The notes under the pieces: model-generated
Seen by the model: the letters and a program-made list of their open reading frames with translations, nothing else
Database searches by the model: none
What the model was told of the DNA's origin: nothing
Source of the DNA: an uncultured candidate division Zixibacteria bacterium
GTDB lineage: Bacteria; Zixibacteria; MSB-5A5; UBA10806; 4484-95
Assembly: GCA_963668625.2 (NCBI GenBank)
Contig: CAXXKA010000010.1
Span: 224,001-288,000 of the forward strand
DNA: 64,000 bases
Direction: 5' to 3'
Made by a program: the position numbers and the translations under genes
Shown: positions 29,401-41,400 of the stretch, in pieces
Position numbering within the stretch: position 1 is the first letter of the stretch
Layout: each line of letters begins with the position of its first letter

Positions 29401-32400
29401 ACATCTCCGCCACCGATCCCGACGGCGTTATTCCGACGCTGGCTGCTTACGATCTTCCCTCCAACGCGACGTTCGTCGATAGCGGCAATGGTGTCGGTAC
29501 GTTCACGTTCAGCCCCGATTATTTCCAGGCCGGAAGCTATGATATCATATTTGCGGCCTCCGATGGCAATCTGGCCGACAGCCAGGTGGTTGAGGTTATC
29601 GTCGATAATCTCAATCGTGCGCCCGAGCTTACTCCGATAACAGCTCAGTCTGTCGATGAGGGTGGATATCTGGGATTCAATATCAGCGCCTCTGATCCTG
29701 ATCTGGAGACTTTGACGATCACCGCGCAAAATATCATGCCGAATGCCAGTTTTACCGATTCGGGCAATGGTGCTGGTTTCTTCGAGTTTAATCCAAATTA
29801 TACTCAAGCAGGTAATTATATAGTACGGTTCATTGTCAGTGATAGTGAGTTTGCTGATACTATTTATGTTGATGTTACCGTAAATGCGATAAACGCTCCA
29901 CCTGTTCTCGCCGCTATTCCAACTCCACAGGTAGTCGGTGAGGAGGATAATCTCGAGATAATAATTACGGCGATAGATCCCGACGGTACAACCCCTACTT
30001 TGGCCGCCGAGAATCTTCCCACTAACGCCGCGTTCTCGGATAACGGAGACGGCTCCGGTGGATTTACATTCGATCCGGTTTATGGACAGGCCGGCGGATA
30101 CGATATTTTATTCATAGCCGGCGATGGCGAATACGCCGACAGTCAAATAGTCCATCTCGATGTGGTCGTGACCAACAGCCCTCCGATACTCGATCCTATC
30201 AGCGCTCAGGCTACCGCCGAGGGTGATATTCTTCAGATAATAATAACCGCCTCCGATCCCGATTTGACCTCGCCGTTTATCTCGGCATTCGATCTTCCCG
30301 AAAACGCCGCCATGTACGATAGCGGCAACGGTCACGCAATGTTAGAATTCATACCCGATTTCGACCAGGAAGGCGTCTATAATATAATGATAATCGCCTC
30401 GGATGGTTCTTTCTCCGATACCGGCTATGCCGAGATTACGGTTTCGAATACCAACGTTAGCCCGGTCTGGCAGGTTATCGATGACCAGGATGTTGACGAG
30501 GGCGATTCGTTATACCTTCATGTAATCTCCTCCGACTACGATAACCAGGCTCTCACCCTGACAGCTCAGTCCTTGCCTCTGAATTCGGTATTTTCCGATA
30601 GCGGCAACGGCCACGGCCTGTTCCGGTTCGGCCCGGATTTCACTCAGAGCGGAATTTATAATCTTAATTTTATAGTAAGTGATGGCGAGGCCGCCGATAC
30701 GGAAGCTGTCGAGATTACGGTAAATCAAATTAATATGAAACCGGCCATGACCGCGATAGGCTCGCAATCAGTGGATGAAGCCGGACATTTGGAATTTACC
30801 ATAAACACGATCGATTTCGACGGCGACTCTCTGATACTTTCGGCCGAAGATGTGCCGATTAACGCCACGTTCACGGATTTGTATAACAACCGAGGCGACT
30901 TTACGTTCGATCCCGACTATACTCAATCGGGTGTTTTCGATGTTCTGTTCATTGTCAGTGATGGTGATATGGCGGATAGCGAACTGGTGGCGATTACGGT
31001 CAACGATATCAATCTGCCACCGCAAATAGACGACGTGATCACCCAATCAGTAGATGAGGGCGAGCATCTCGAGTTCGTGGTGACATCCTCTGATTTTGAT
31101 CCTGATTTGCTGACTCTTATCGCTGAGAATATGCCGACTAACGCCGCATTCTATGATTCGGGTAACGGGCATGGTCTGTTTATTTTCGATCCTGATTATT
31201 CTCAGGCCAATAGCTACCAGGTAAGGTTTATCGTCGATGACGGCGATGATGCCGATACCACCCAGGTAGATATCACGGTAAACGATATTAATGTAGCTCC
31301 CGAATTAGCCGGTTTGAGCGATCAAACGGTTAATGAGGGTGAGACCCTCGAGTTAAACGTAACCTCGATCGATTACGATCTGGATACGATTATCCTGACC
31401 GCTTTCGATTTGCCTGCCAATGCCTCGTTCTACGATTCGACTAACGGTACGGGGCTGTTGACTTTCACTCCCGACTATACCCAGGGCGGAGATTATACTA
31501 TAGGCTTTATCGCCGCTGACGGCGCGCTGGCCGATACCGAATATGTTACTATCAACGTAGAGCAGATTAATATCGCTCCGGAGTTGGCCGCGATCGGCGC
31601 TCAGAATGTCGATGAGGGCGGCTATCTGGAGGTTCCTGTCTCGGGTACCGATTTCGATAATGACGCCTTGACACTGATCGCCCAGAATCTGCCCACCAAC
31701 GCCTCGTTCTTCGATTCGGGCAACGGCAGCGGTTCGTTCGTATTCAATCCAAGCTATACACAGGCCGGTAATTACCAGGTACGTTTCATTGTCGATGATG
31801 GCGTGCTGGCCGATACCGAGCTTGTTGTGATCACCGTTGTCGAGACTAACCGCGCGCCATCGATTACGCCTCTCAGCTCTCGTTCACTGGCTGAGGGTGG
31901 CTCGACCAGTTTCGTGGTATTCGCCACCGATCCCGATGGCGTGATTCCGGCGCTCGAAGCTTTCGACATACCGACTAACTCGACTTTCGAGGATTTCGGT
32001 ACCGGTTCGGGTCTGTTCGGATTCAACCCCGATTTCACTCAGGCCGGTATATATAATGTAGGATTCATAGCCTCGGACGGCGAACTGGTCGATACCGAGT
32101 ACGTTGAGATAACGGTCAACCAGGTTAATATCGCACCCGAATTAAACCCGATTACTGATCAGGTAATCGATGAGGGGGATGTTTTCAATCTGGTTGTCAT
32201 GTCAACTGATTACGATAACGATATATTGACCATGGTAGCGGAGGATTTACCTTCCAACGCCACGTTCACCGATAGCGGTAACGGTCACGGTCTATTCAGG
32301 TTTAGCCCCGATTATACGCAAACAGGCGACTACACGGTTCGTTTCATTGTCAGTGATAGTGATCTGGCTGATACTTTAGATGTCGGGATTATCGTAAACA

Positions 32401-35400
32401 ATACTAACCGTGTTCCTGTACTGGGTACGCTGACAGACCGAAGTGTGAATGAGGATGATTTCATTAGTTTCATCGTCGGCGCCTCCGATCCCGACGGCGT
32501 TATCCCGGTGTTAACGACAATCGATTTGCCGGCTAATGCCTCTTTCGAGGACTATAGTACCGGTACCGGTTTGTTCACGTTCTCTCCCGATAACTCACAA
32601 TCAGGCTTGTACACGATCGGCTTCGTCGCCTCTGACGGCGATCTGGCGGATACCGGCTATATTGATATCACGGTTAACCAGGTTAATTTAGCGCCGGTAC
32701 TCAATCCACCGTCGCCACAATCGGTAGAGGAGGGTGGACATCTCGAGTTCGTGGTTACCTCCTCGGATTACGATTTGGATGCTTTAACGCTTAGCGCGGA
32801 GGATATACCGCTTAACGCCACATTCACCGACTCGGGTAACGGCCACGGCTTATTCACTTTCGATCCGTCATTTGACCAGGCCGGAGTTTACCATGTGCGT
32901 TTCATTGTTTCTGATTCCGAGTTCAGCGACAGCGCCCTGGTATCGATTACGGTAGGTGGAACCAACTTGCCGCCTGTCGGTGAAGCCATTACCGATAGGG
33001 AGGTTAATGAGGGTGGTTTCCTGTCAATTACCGTGAATTTCTCCGATCCCGACGGCCAATTGCTGGCTATCTCCTCGTTCGATAGGCCCTCGAATTCGTC
33101 ATTCGTGGATAACGGCAATAATTCGGGCCGCTTCGAGTTTAACCCCGATAGCTCACAGGCCGGATCATACATTGTTGGGTTTATCGGTTATGATGGTTCG
33201 CTTTCGGATACGATTTACGCAAATATAGATGTTAACGATATCAATGTCGCTCCTTATCTGGATCCGATCACGACACCGCAAACGGTTACCGAGGGGCAGA
33301 CTTTAACGTTTAACGTTTCCGCCTCCGATTACGACGGCAACACGTTAACCTTGACAACTTCCTCGTTGCCGGCTCACGCGGCGTTCACCGATTCGGGTAA
33401 CGGTGTCGGGACTTTCAGGTTCACTCCTAATTTCGAGCAATCCGGCGATTACGAAATCTGGTTTAATGTCAGCGATGGCTCCCTGAACGATTCGCAGTTG
33501 GTCGAGATAACGGTCAACGAGATCAACCGCGCCCCGGAGATTGCGGATATTATGTCACAGGTCATTGATGAGGGGAGCGATCTGTTCCTGTATATAAAGT
33601 CAAGTGATCCTGACGGCCAGATACCCGTATTGAGCGCGTTTGATATGCCTATCAGAACTGAGTTGATTGACAGTAGTAACGGCAGAGGTACTCTTATTTT
33701 CCGTCCTAATTACTCCCAGAGTGGTATTTATAATATCGGCATCGTTTCTAGTGATGGCGATCTTGCTGATACATTCGTAGTCGATATAACGGTAAACGAT
33801 ATAAATCTCGCTCCTGAAATCGATCCTTTAAATTCACAACTAACAAACGAGGGCGAGCATCTCGAGCTGGTCGTAACCTCCTCGGATTTCGATGAAGATA
33901 ACCTGGTATTCACGGTGAATGATTTACCGCTGAACGCTGTCTTTACCGACAGTTCTAACGGACACGGTCTGCTTACATTCGATCCCGATTACAGCCAGAG
34001 CGGTGTATATAATGTCCAGTTTATCGTAAGCGACGGAGATTTATCTGACACGGCCACGGTTGAGATTACGGTACTTCATATTAACATGCCGCCGGAGCTG
34101 GCCTCCATCGGCAGCAGGAGTGTCGCCGAATCGGGGCATCTGGAGCTGTTGATTACCGCTACCGATCTTGACGCTCAAACGTTGATATTAACCGCTGAAA
34201 GTCTGCCGCTAAACGCGGTATTCTCCGATAGTGGTAATGGTCACGGACTGTTCATGTTCGATCCCGACAATACGCAGGCCGGAACATATAATATAAGATT
34301 CATAGCCAGCGACGGTACATTAGCCGATAGCGAGCTGGTCGAGATAACGGTTAACGATGTCAACCAGGCGCCTGTTTTGGCCGCTCTTGGCGATACTACT
34401 GTCAATGAGGGTGGTACGCTGGTAATGACAGTAACGGCCACTGATTTCGATAATGATACGATAACACTTAATGCTTTCAACCTGCCGACTAACGCTTCCT
34501 TTACCGATAACGGCGGAGGATCGGGGACGTTCGATTTCAGTCCCGATTATTCGCAGGATGGGGCTTATACGGTCGGTTTCGTTGCCGGCGACGGCGATCT
34601 GGCGGACACTGTTCAGATAACCGTAACCGTAAACAATAGTAACCAGTCGCCCACGGTAGCTTCGATAACCGATAGAAATGTTAATGAGGGCGCTTACCTC
34701 AGCTTCATAGTTTCGGCAACCGATCCTGACGGAGTTACGCCGAGCCTTGCGATGATTGACGGACCTCTTAACGCAACGTTCGATGATAATGGTAACGGTT
34801 CCGGCCTGTTCACGTTCTCGCCCGGTTACACTCAAGCCGGCGCTTATGATATCGGTTTCGTAGGTTCCGATGGTGAACTGGCCGATACCGAGTACGTTCA
34901 AATTACGGTCAACCAGATTAATATCGGGCCGTCATTCGATCCGATTTCCGCGCAGGTTGTCAGCGAGGGCGGGCATCTGGAGTTCGCGGTTATCTCTACC
35001 GATTTCGATGATGATCCGCTGGTAGTTAATGAATATAGTTTACCGACTCACGCGGCTTTCGAGGATAGCGGTAACGGTCACGGCCTGTTTACCTTCGACC
35101 CCGACTATGGCCAGAGTGGAGTATATACGGTCAGATTCATCTCCAGTGATGGCAGTCTGTCCGATACTATCGATGTTGCCATAACGGTAACTAACAATAA
35201 CCTTCCGCCTACCCTGGGGAGCCTGGCCGACAGGATTATCGATGAGGATGATTACCTCGGTTTCGTAGTCAGCGCCGGTGATCCCGATGGCACCACGCCG
35301 GTTTTATCGGCTTTAGACGTGCCGGTAAACGGTACATTCGAGGACAACGGCAATGGTTCGGGGCTGTTCACTTTCAATCCTGACTACACTCAGTCCGGCG

Positions 35401-38400
35401 TTTATACTGTCACCTTCTTCGCCACCGACGGCGAACTTTCCGATACCGGTACTGTTGAAATTACCGTCAATAATGTCAACCTGGCTCCCGAGCTTGATCC
35501 CATCTCGCCGCAATCGGTCGAGGAGGGCGGAAATCTGGAGCTTGTAGTTTCCTCGACGGATTTCGATGGCGATCAGCTTTATCTGTCAGCCGAAAATATC
35601 CCCGCTAACTCATCATTTGCCGATAGCGGAAACGGTCATGGGCTGTTCACGTTCAACCCATCATTCGATCAGGACGGCGTGTATTATATAAGATTTATTT
35701 CATTCGACGGTAGCCTGGCCGATTCGCAGCTCGTTTCGGTTTCGGTTGGTCAGACGAATTTACCGCCGGTCGGGGAGGAGATATCGGCTCAGGTCATAGA
35801 TGAGCAGGCGACTCTTAATTTCCCCGTAAGTTTTACCGATCCCGACGGACAACTTCTGATACTATCCTCGATAAACGCCCCTGCTAATTCCTCATTCCAC
35901 GATAATAATGATGGCACGGGTGAGTTCGAGTTCAATCCCGACAGTTCGCAGGCGGGTGATTACACTGTCGGCTTTATCGGTTATGATGGTTTGTTGGCCG
36001 ATACGGTGTATGCCGAAATCACGGTTAATGATGTTAATGTCGCTCCGATACTGGGCCAGATTACCTCGCCGCAAACGGTGGCCGAGGGACAGCTTCTGAC
36101 ATTCGCCGTGGCAGCCTCCGATTTTGATGCAAATATTCTAACTCTGACAGCTTTGCCGCTGCCGACGAATGCCGTATTCGATGATTCGGGCAACGGTCAC
36201 GGGCTGTTCACGTTTAGCCCGGATTATACTCAATCCGGGCAGTACGATATCTGGTTCAAGGCCGCCGACTCATCACTGGCCGACTCACAATTGGTCGTGA
36301 TCAATGTTACCGAATTTAACCGCTCGCCGGTAATAACCTCGGTACCATCGCAGGTAATAAACGAGGGCGAGACATTACAGGTTGTTATCGAGGCTGTCGA
36401 TCCCGATGGCCAGATTCCTGTCCTTAGTGCTCTGGATATGCCGACGAATGCGGTTTTCACCGATAGCGGCAACGGTAACGGTTTATTCGAATTTACTCCC
36501 GATTTCAATCAGAATGGAAATTATACGGTCAGGTTCATAGCTACCGATTCGGAACTGTCCGATACGATTTCGGTCGAGATAACGGTTAACGAATCCAATC
36601 TGCCGCCGGAACTCGAAACTATAACCGATCAGGATATGGATGAAGGAACTCATCTCGAGTTCATTGTCAGTTCCTTCGATCCCGATCTGGATGAGTTAAC
36701 CCTGACTGCTCTTAACCTGCCCAGTAACGCAGCTTTCACCGATAGTGGAAACGGCCACGGCCTGTTTACCTTCGATCCTGATTACACGCAAGCCGGTGAT
36801 TATCAGGTTAGCTTCATCTCCAGCGACGGCGACCTGGCGGATACTATGGCGGCTAATATCACGGTCAACCATGTTAACCTTCCGCCGGAGCTGGCCGAGA
36901 TCGGCGCTCAGTCCGTTGACGAGAATGGCCATTTGGAGTTCGTAATTACCTCCAGTGATTTCGACGAGCAGGCATTGACATTGAACGTCGTCGATCTGCC
37001 GATAAACGCGGCATTCACCGATAGCGGTAATGGTCATGGGTTGTTTGCATTCGATCCCGATTACACCCAGGCCGGCGTCTATCCGGTATTATATATTGTC
37101 AGTGACGGCGAATTAGCCGATAGCGAGATGGTTAATATCACGGTGAACGATATAAACCTCGCTCCGGAGATAGCCGAGATAACCGACCAATCGGTTGCCG
37201 AGGGTGAACATCTGGAGTTTAACGTTATCGCGACAGATTTCGATGAGAACTCGCTTAGCCTAACAACAATCGATTTGCCGGCTAACGCAACGTTCGATGA
37301 TAGCGGCAATGGCCACGGCTTGTTTGCTTTCGATCCCGATTTCAACCAGCAGGGTGTTTATGATATCGGTTTCGTTGCCGGTGACGGTAACCTCGCCGAT
37401 ACCGAATACGTGCAGGTGACGGTATATGAAACAAACTTGCCGCCTGTTATAACCCCTGTTGCCGATAGAACACTCGATGAGGGCGCGTTCCAGAGTTTCG
37501 TGGTTAGCTCCTCTGATCCTGATGGTACGACGCCGACCTTAACCATGTTCAATAATCCCGCTAACACTCTTTTCGAAGATAACGGCAACGGTACGGGCTT
37601 GTTCCAGTTCTCGCCGGACTATACTCAGTCTGGTGTCTACGATATCGGCTTTATCGCCTCGGATGGCGTACTGGCGGATACCGAGATGGTTCAAGTAACC
37701 GTAAACCATATAAATATAGCGCCGGTGTTAGAGCCGGTTGCCTCACAGGTAGTAAGCGAGGGCGGTCATCTGGAATTCGTGGTTGCCTCCTCGGATTTCG
37801 ATGCGGATGTTCTGACATTACTGGCCTCCAACATGCCTTCTAACGCGACATTTGCCGATAGCGGCAACGGTCATGGGCTGTTCGAGTTCGATCCGGTTTA
37901 CGATCAGGGTGGTAACTACAATGTCCGCTTCATATGTTCGGATGGCGACCTGACCGATACGATTGATGTAACGATCACGGTAAATAACACTAACCAGTCG
38001 CCCGAACTCGGGACACTGACCGATAGAAATATCGATGAAGACCAGTATTTGGGTTTCGTGGTTTCGGCAACGGATCCGGACGGTACCACACCGATACTAA
38101 GTGTTTTCGATTTACCGACCAACGCCCAGTTCGAGGATAACGGTAACGGTACGGGGCTGTTTACGTTCCGTCCCGATTATTCGCAAGCGGGTGTTTTGAA
38201 TGTCGGATTTATAGCCAGCGATGGCGAGTTGCGCGATACCGGTTACGTCGAGATCACCGTAAACCAGGTTAACCTCGCTCCCGAGCTTGGTTCGATTCTG
38301 CCTCAATCCGTAGAGGAAGGCGGACACCTGGAGATGGTCGTACTATCCACTGATTTTGACAATGACGCACTGACACTATCCGCCGAGGACTTACCCGTTA

Positions 38401-41400
38401 ATGCGGTGTTCTCCGATAGCGGAAACGGTCACGGCTTGTTTGTCTTCGATCCTACATTCGATCAGGAAGGCATATATTATATCAGATTCATAGTGACGGA
38501 CGGTGCACTGGCCGATTCGCAGTTAGTTTCGGTTTCAGTCGGCGGCACAAACCTGCCACCGGTAGGAGAAGCTGTTGCCGACCAGGAGGTCGCCGAACAG
38601 GGTAATCTGCAGTTCGCGGTTACGTTCGCCGACCCGGACGGACAACTTCTGAGCCTGTCGAGTTTCGATCGACCGGGGAATTCATCATTTATTGATAATG
38701 AGGACGGCACCGGTTCGTTCACTTTCGATCCCGATAGTTCACAAGCGGGCGTCTATGATGTCGGCTTCGTCGGTTTCGATGGTTTACTGGCGGATACGGT
38801 GATGGTTAGTATAACCGTTACGGATGTTAATGTCAGGCCGAGTCTCGATACGATCCAGACACCTCAACTGGTTGTTGAGGGCGAAAGTTTGATTTTCGGT
38901 GTAACGGCTGATGATTTTGACGGTAACGTGTTGAACCTGACGACCTCGACCTTACCGACTAACGCGGCTTTCGTGGATTCAGGCAATAACGCCGGATCGT
39001 TTAGTTTCTCGCCCGACTTTACTCAGTCGGGAAGTTACGATATCTGGTTTATCGCCTCGGATACCGCTCTGGCCGATTCTCAGATGGTCACGATCTCTGT
39101 GGTCGAGGAGAATCTGCCGCCGGTGTTAGCTGATGTTCCGGCCCAGTCTATAGATGAGGGCGGACTGCTCGAGTTCGTGGTTATCTCCACCGATCCTGAC
39201 GGCCAAACCTTATCGTTATGGGCACTGGATATGCCGGATAATGCCACATTCGATGACAGCGGTAACGGTCATGGCCTGTTTAGTTTCTCGCCCGACAATG
39301 CTCAGGCAGGGGAATATGCGGTTGGCTTCGTTGCCAGTGATGGCGGTTTGAACGATACTATCAGTGTAGATATCACGGTAAATCATATAAACCTCGCGCC
39401 GGTGCTCGATACTATCGGTCCGTTGACATTATATGAGGGAACACGTTTCGAACTGGTTATCACCTCGAGTGATTTTGATCTGGATGAACTTACCCTTACC
39501 GCCTCGAACCTGCCGGTTAACGCCTCGTTCGCCGATAGCGGCAACGGTCACGGCCTGTTCGTATTTGATCCGGCTTATGGTCAGGCAGGTGATTATACGG
39601 TTACGTTCATCACTAATGACGGTGTGCTGGCTGATACCGAGATAGTTGAGATAACGGTGCAGCAATCTAACCGTCCCCCGAAATGGGAAACAATACCGAA
39701 CTACTCGGTACAGGAGGGCGGTATTCTTCAATTTACCGTAGCTGCCTCCGATCCAGATTCCACTACTCCGGCTCTTTCAATCGATAACTATCCGGCCAAT
39801 ATTACCTTCGTCGATTCCGGCAATGGTCATGGTTGGTTCAGGTTTGCCCCATCCTACACGCAATCCGGGGTGTACGATATATTGTTCTTGGCCTCTGATG
39901 GCGATCTGGTGGATACCGCGATCGTTCAGATTACGGTTAACGAGTCGGGCAACCAGCATCCGGTGATAACACCCGTTCAGTCACAAGAGGTCAACGAGGG
40001 CGAGCATCTCGAGTTCGTACTGATCGCTACCGATCCTGAAGGCTCGATACCGATTCTATCGGCTATGAATATGCCGGCCAACTCGGCGTTTATCGATTCG
40101 GGTAACGGTCATGGACTTTACCAGTTCGATCCTGATTTCTTCCAATCAGGCGTGTACGATGTCAGTTTTATCGCTTTTGACGGTCAGTATGCCGACACTG
40201 AATTGGTCGAGATCACCGTTTACGATGTAGGGTTCGCGCCGGAACTCGATCCGATAGGGCCGCAGACCGTTGCGGAGGGTTCGAGTTTAGAACTAACGAT
40301 AACCGGTTCCGATCCCGACCTGACATTCCCCGAGCTTATAGCCGAGAACTTGCCTGAAAACGCCACTTTCACCGATAGCGGTAACGGTGTCGGTGTGATG
40401 ATATTCAATCCCGATTATACTCAGGCGGGAGTTATTACGGTGCTGTTTATCGCTACGGATGGCGCGCTCTCCGATTCGGAATACGTTCAGGTGACAGTTA
40501 CCGAATTCGGTAATGTTGCGCCAATACTCGAACTGATACCCGATATTAGCTTGAGCGAGGGTGATTCGGTCGGTATAACTATTTCGGCTGCCGATCCCGA
40601 TGGCAACGTACCGTTCCTGTCGGTAACCGATACGCCGTCCAATACCGAGTTTGACGATAATCTCGATGGAACCGGGACATTCATTTTCCAACCCGATTAT
40701 TATCAGGCAGGCGAATACGATATCACGTTTATTGCGGATGATGGCGAACTGGCCGATTCCCAGATGGTTCATATAACGGTATCCGACCGCAATGGTCCAC
40801 CGGCTATCGACGAGATCATGGCGCAAAGCGTAACCGAGGGTGACAGCCTTGGATTCTTGATTAACTCGGTCGATCCCGATAACAATGCTGTTACATTAAG
40901 CGCTGACGATGTTCCTGAAAACGCTTACCTGGTTGATAATACCGATGGTACCGGTGTGTTCAATTTCCTGCCCGGCTACACTCAAGCAGGTTTATACGAG
41001 GTTTTCATAATTGCTAGTGATGGCGAAAGCAGCGATAGCCAGATTGTCAGTATCACCGTTAATGAGGCCGGCAATCAGGCGCCACAATTTAATCCAGTGG
41101 ATACTCTTCTGACAGTTGTAGAGGGCGACAGCCTTGGTGTCGTTATATCAGCTTACGATGAAGATGGAGATATGATCTCGTTTAATTACGGATCGCTGCC
41201 ATTTAACTCCGGCTTTACGAATCTGTCCGCAGATTCGATCCTGTTCTATTTCAAACCGAACTATACTCAGGTTGGAAGTTACACGGTGAATATGAATGTC
41301 AGTGACGGCAGTCTTTCGACTGATTTGAGAATAAGTATTGATGTTCTCGAGGCCGGCAGCCTGGCGCCGATTTTCGATCCGATTGAAGCGCAGAGTGTTG

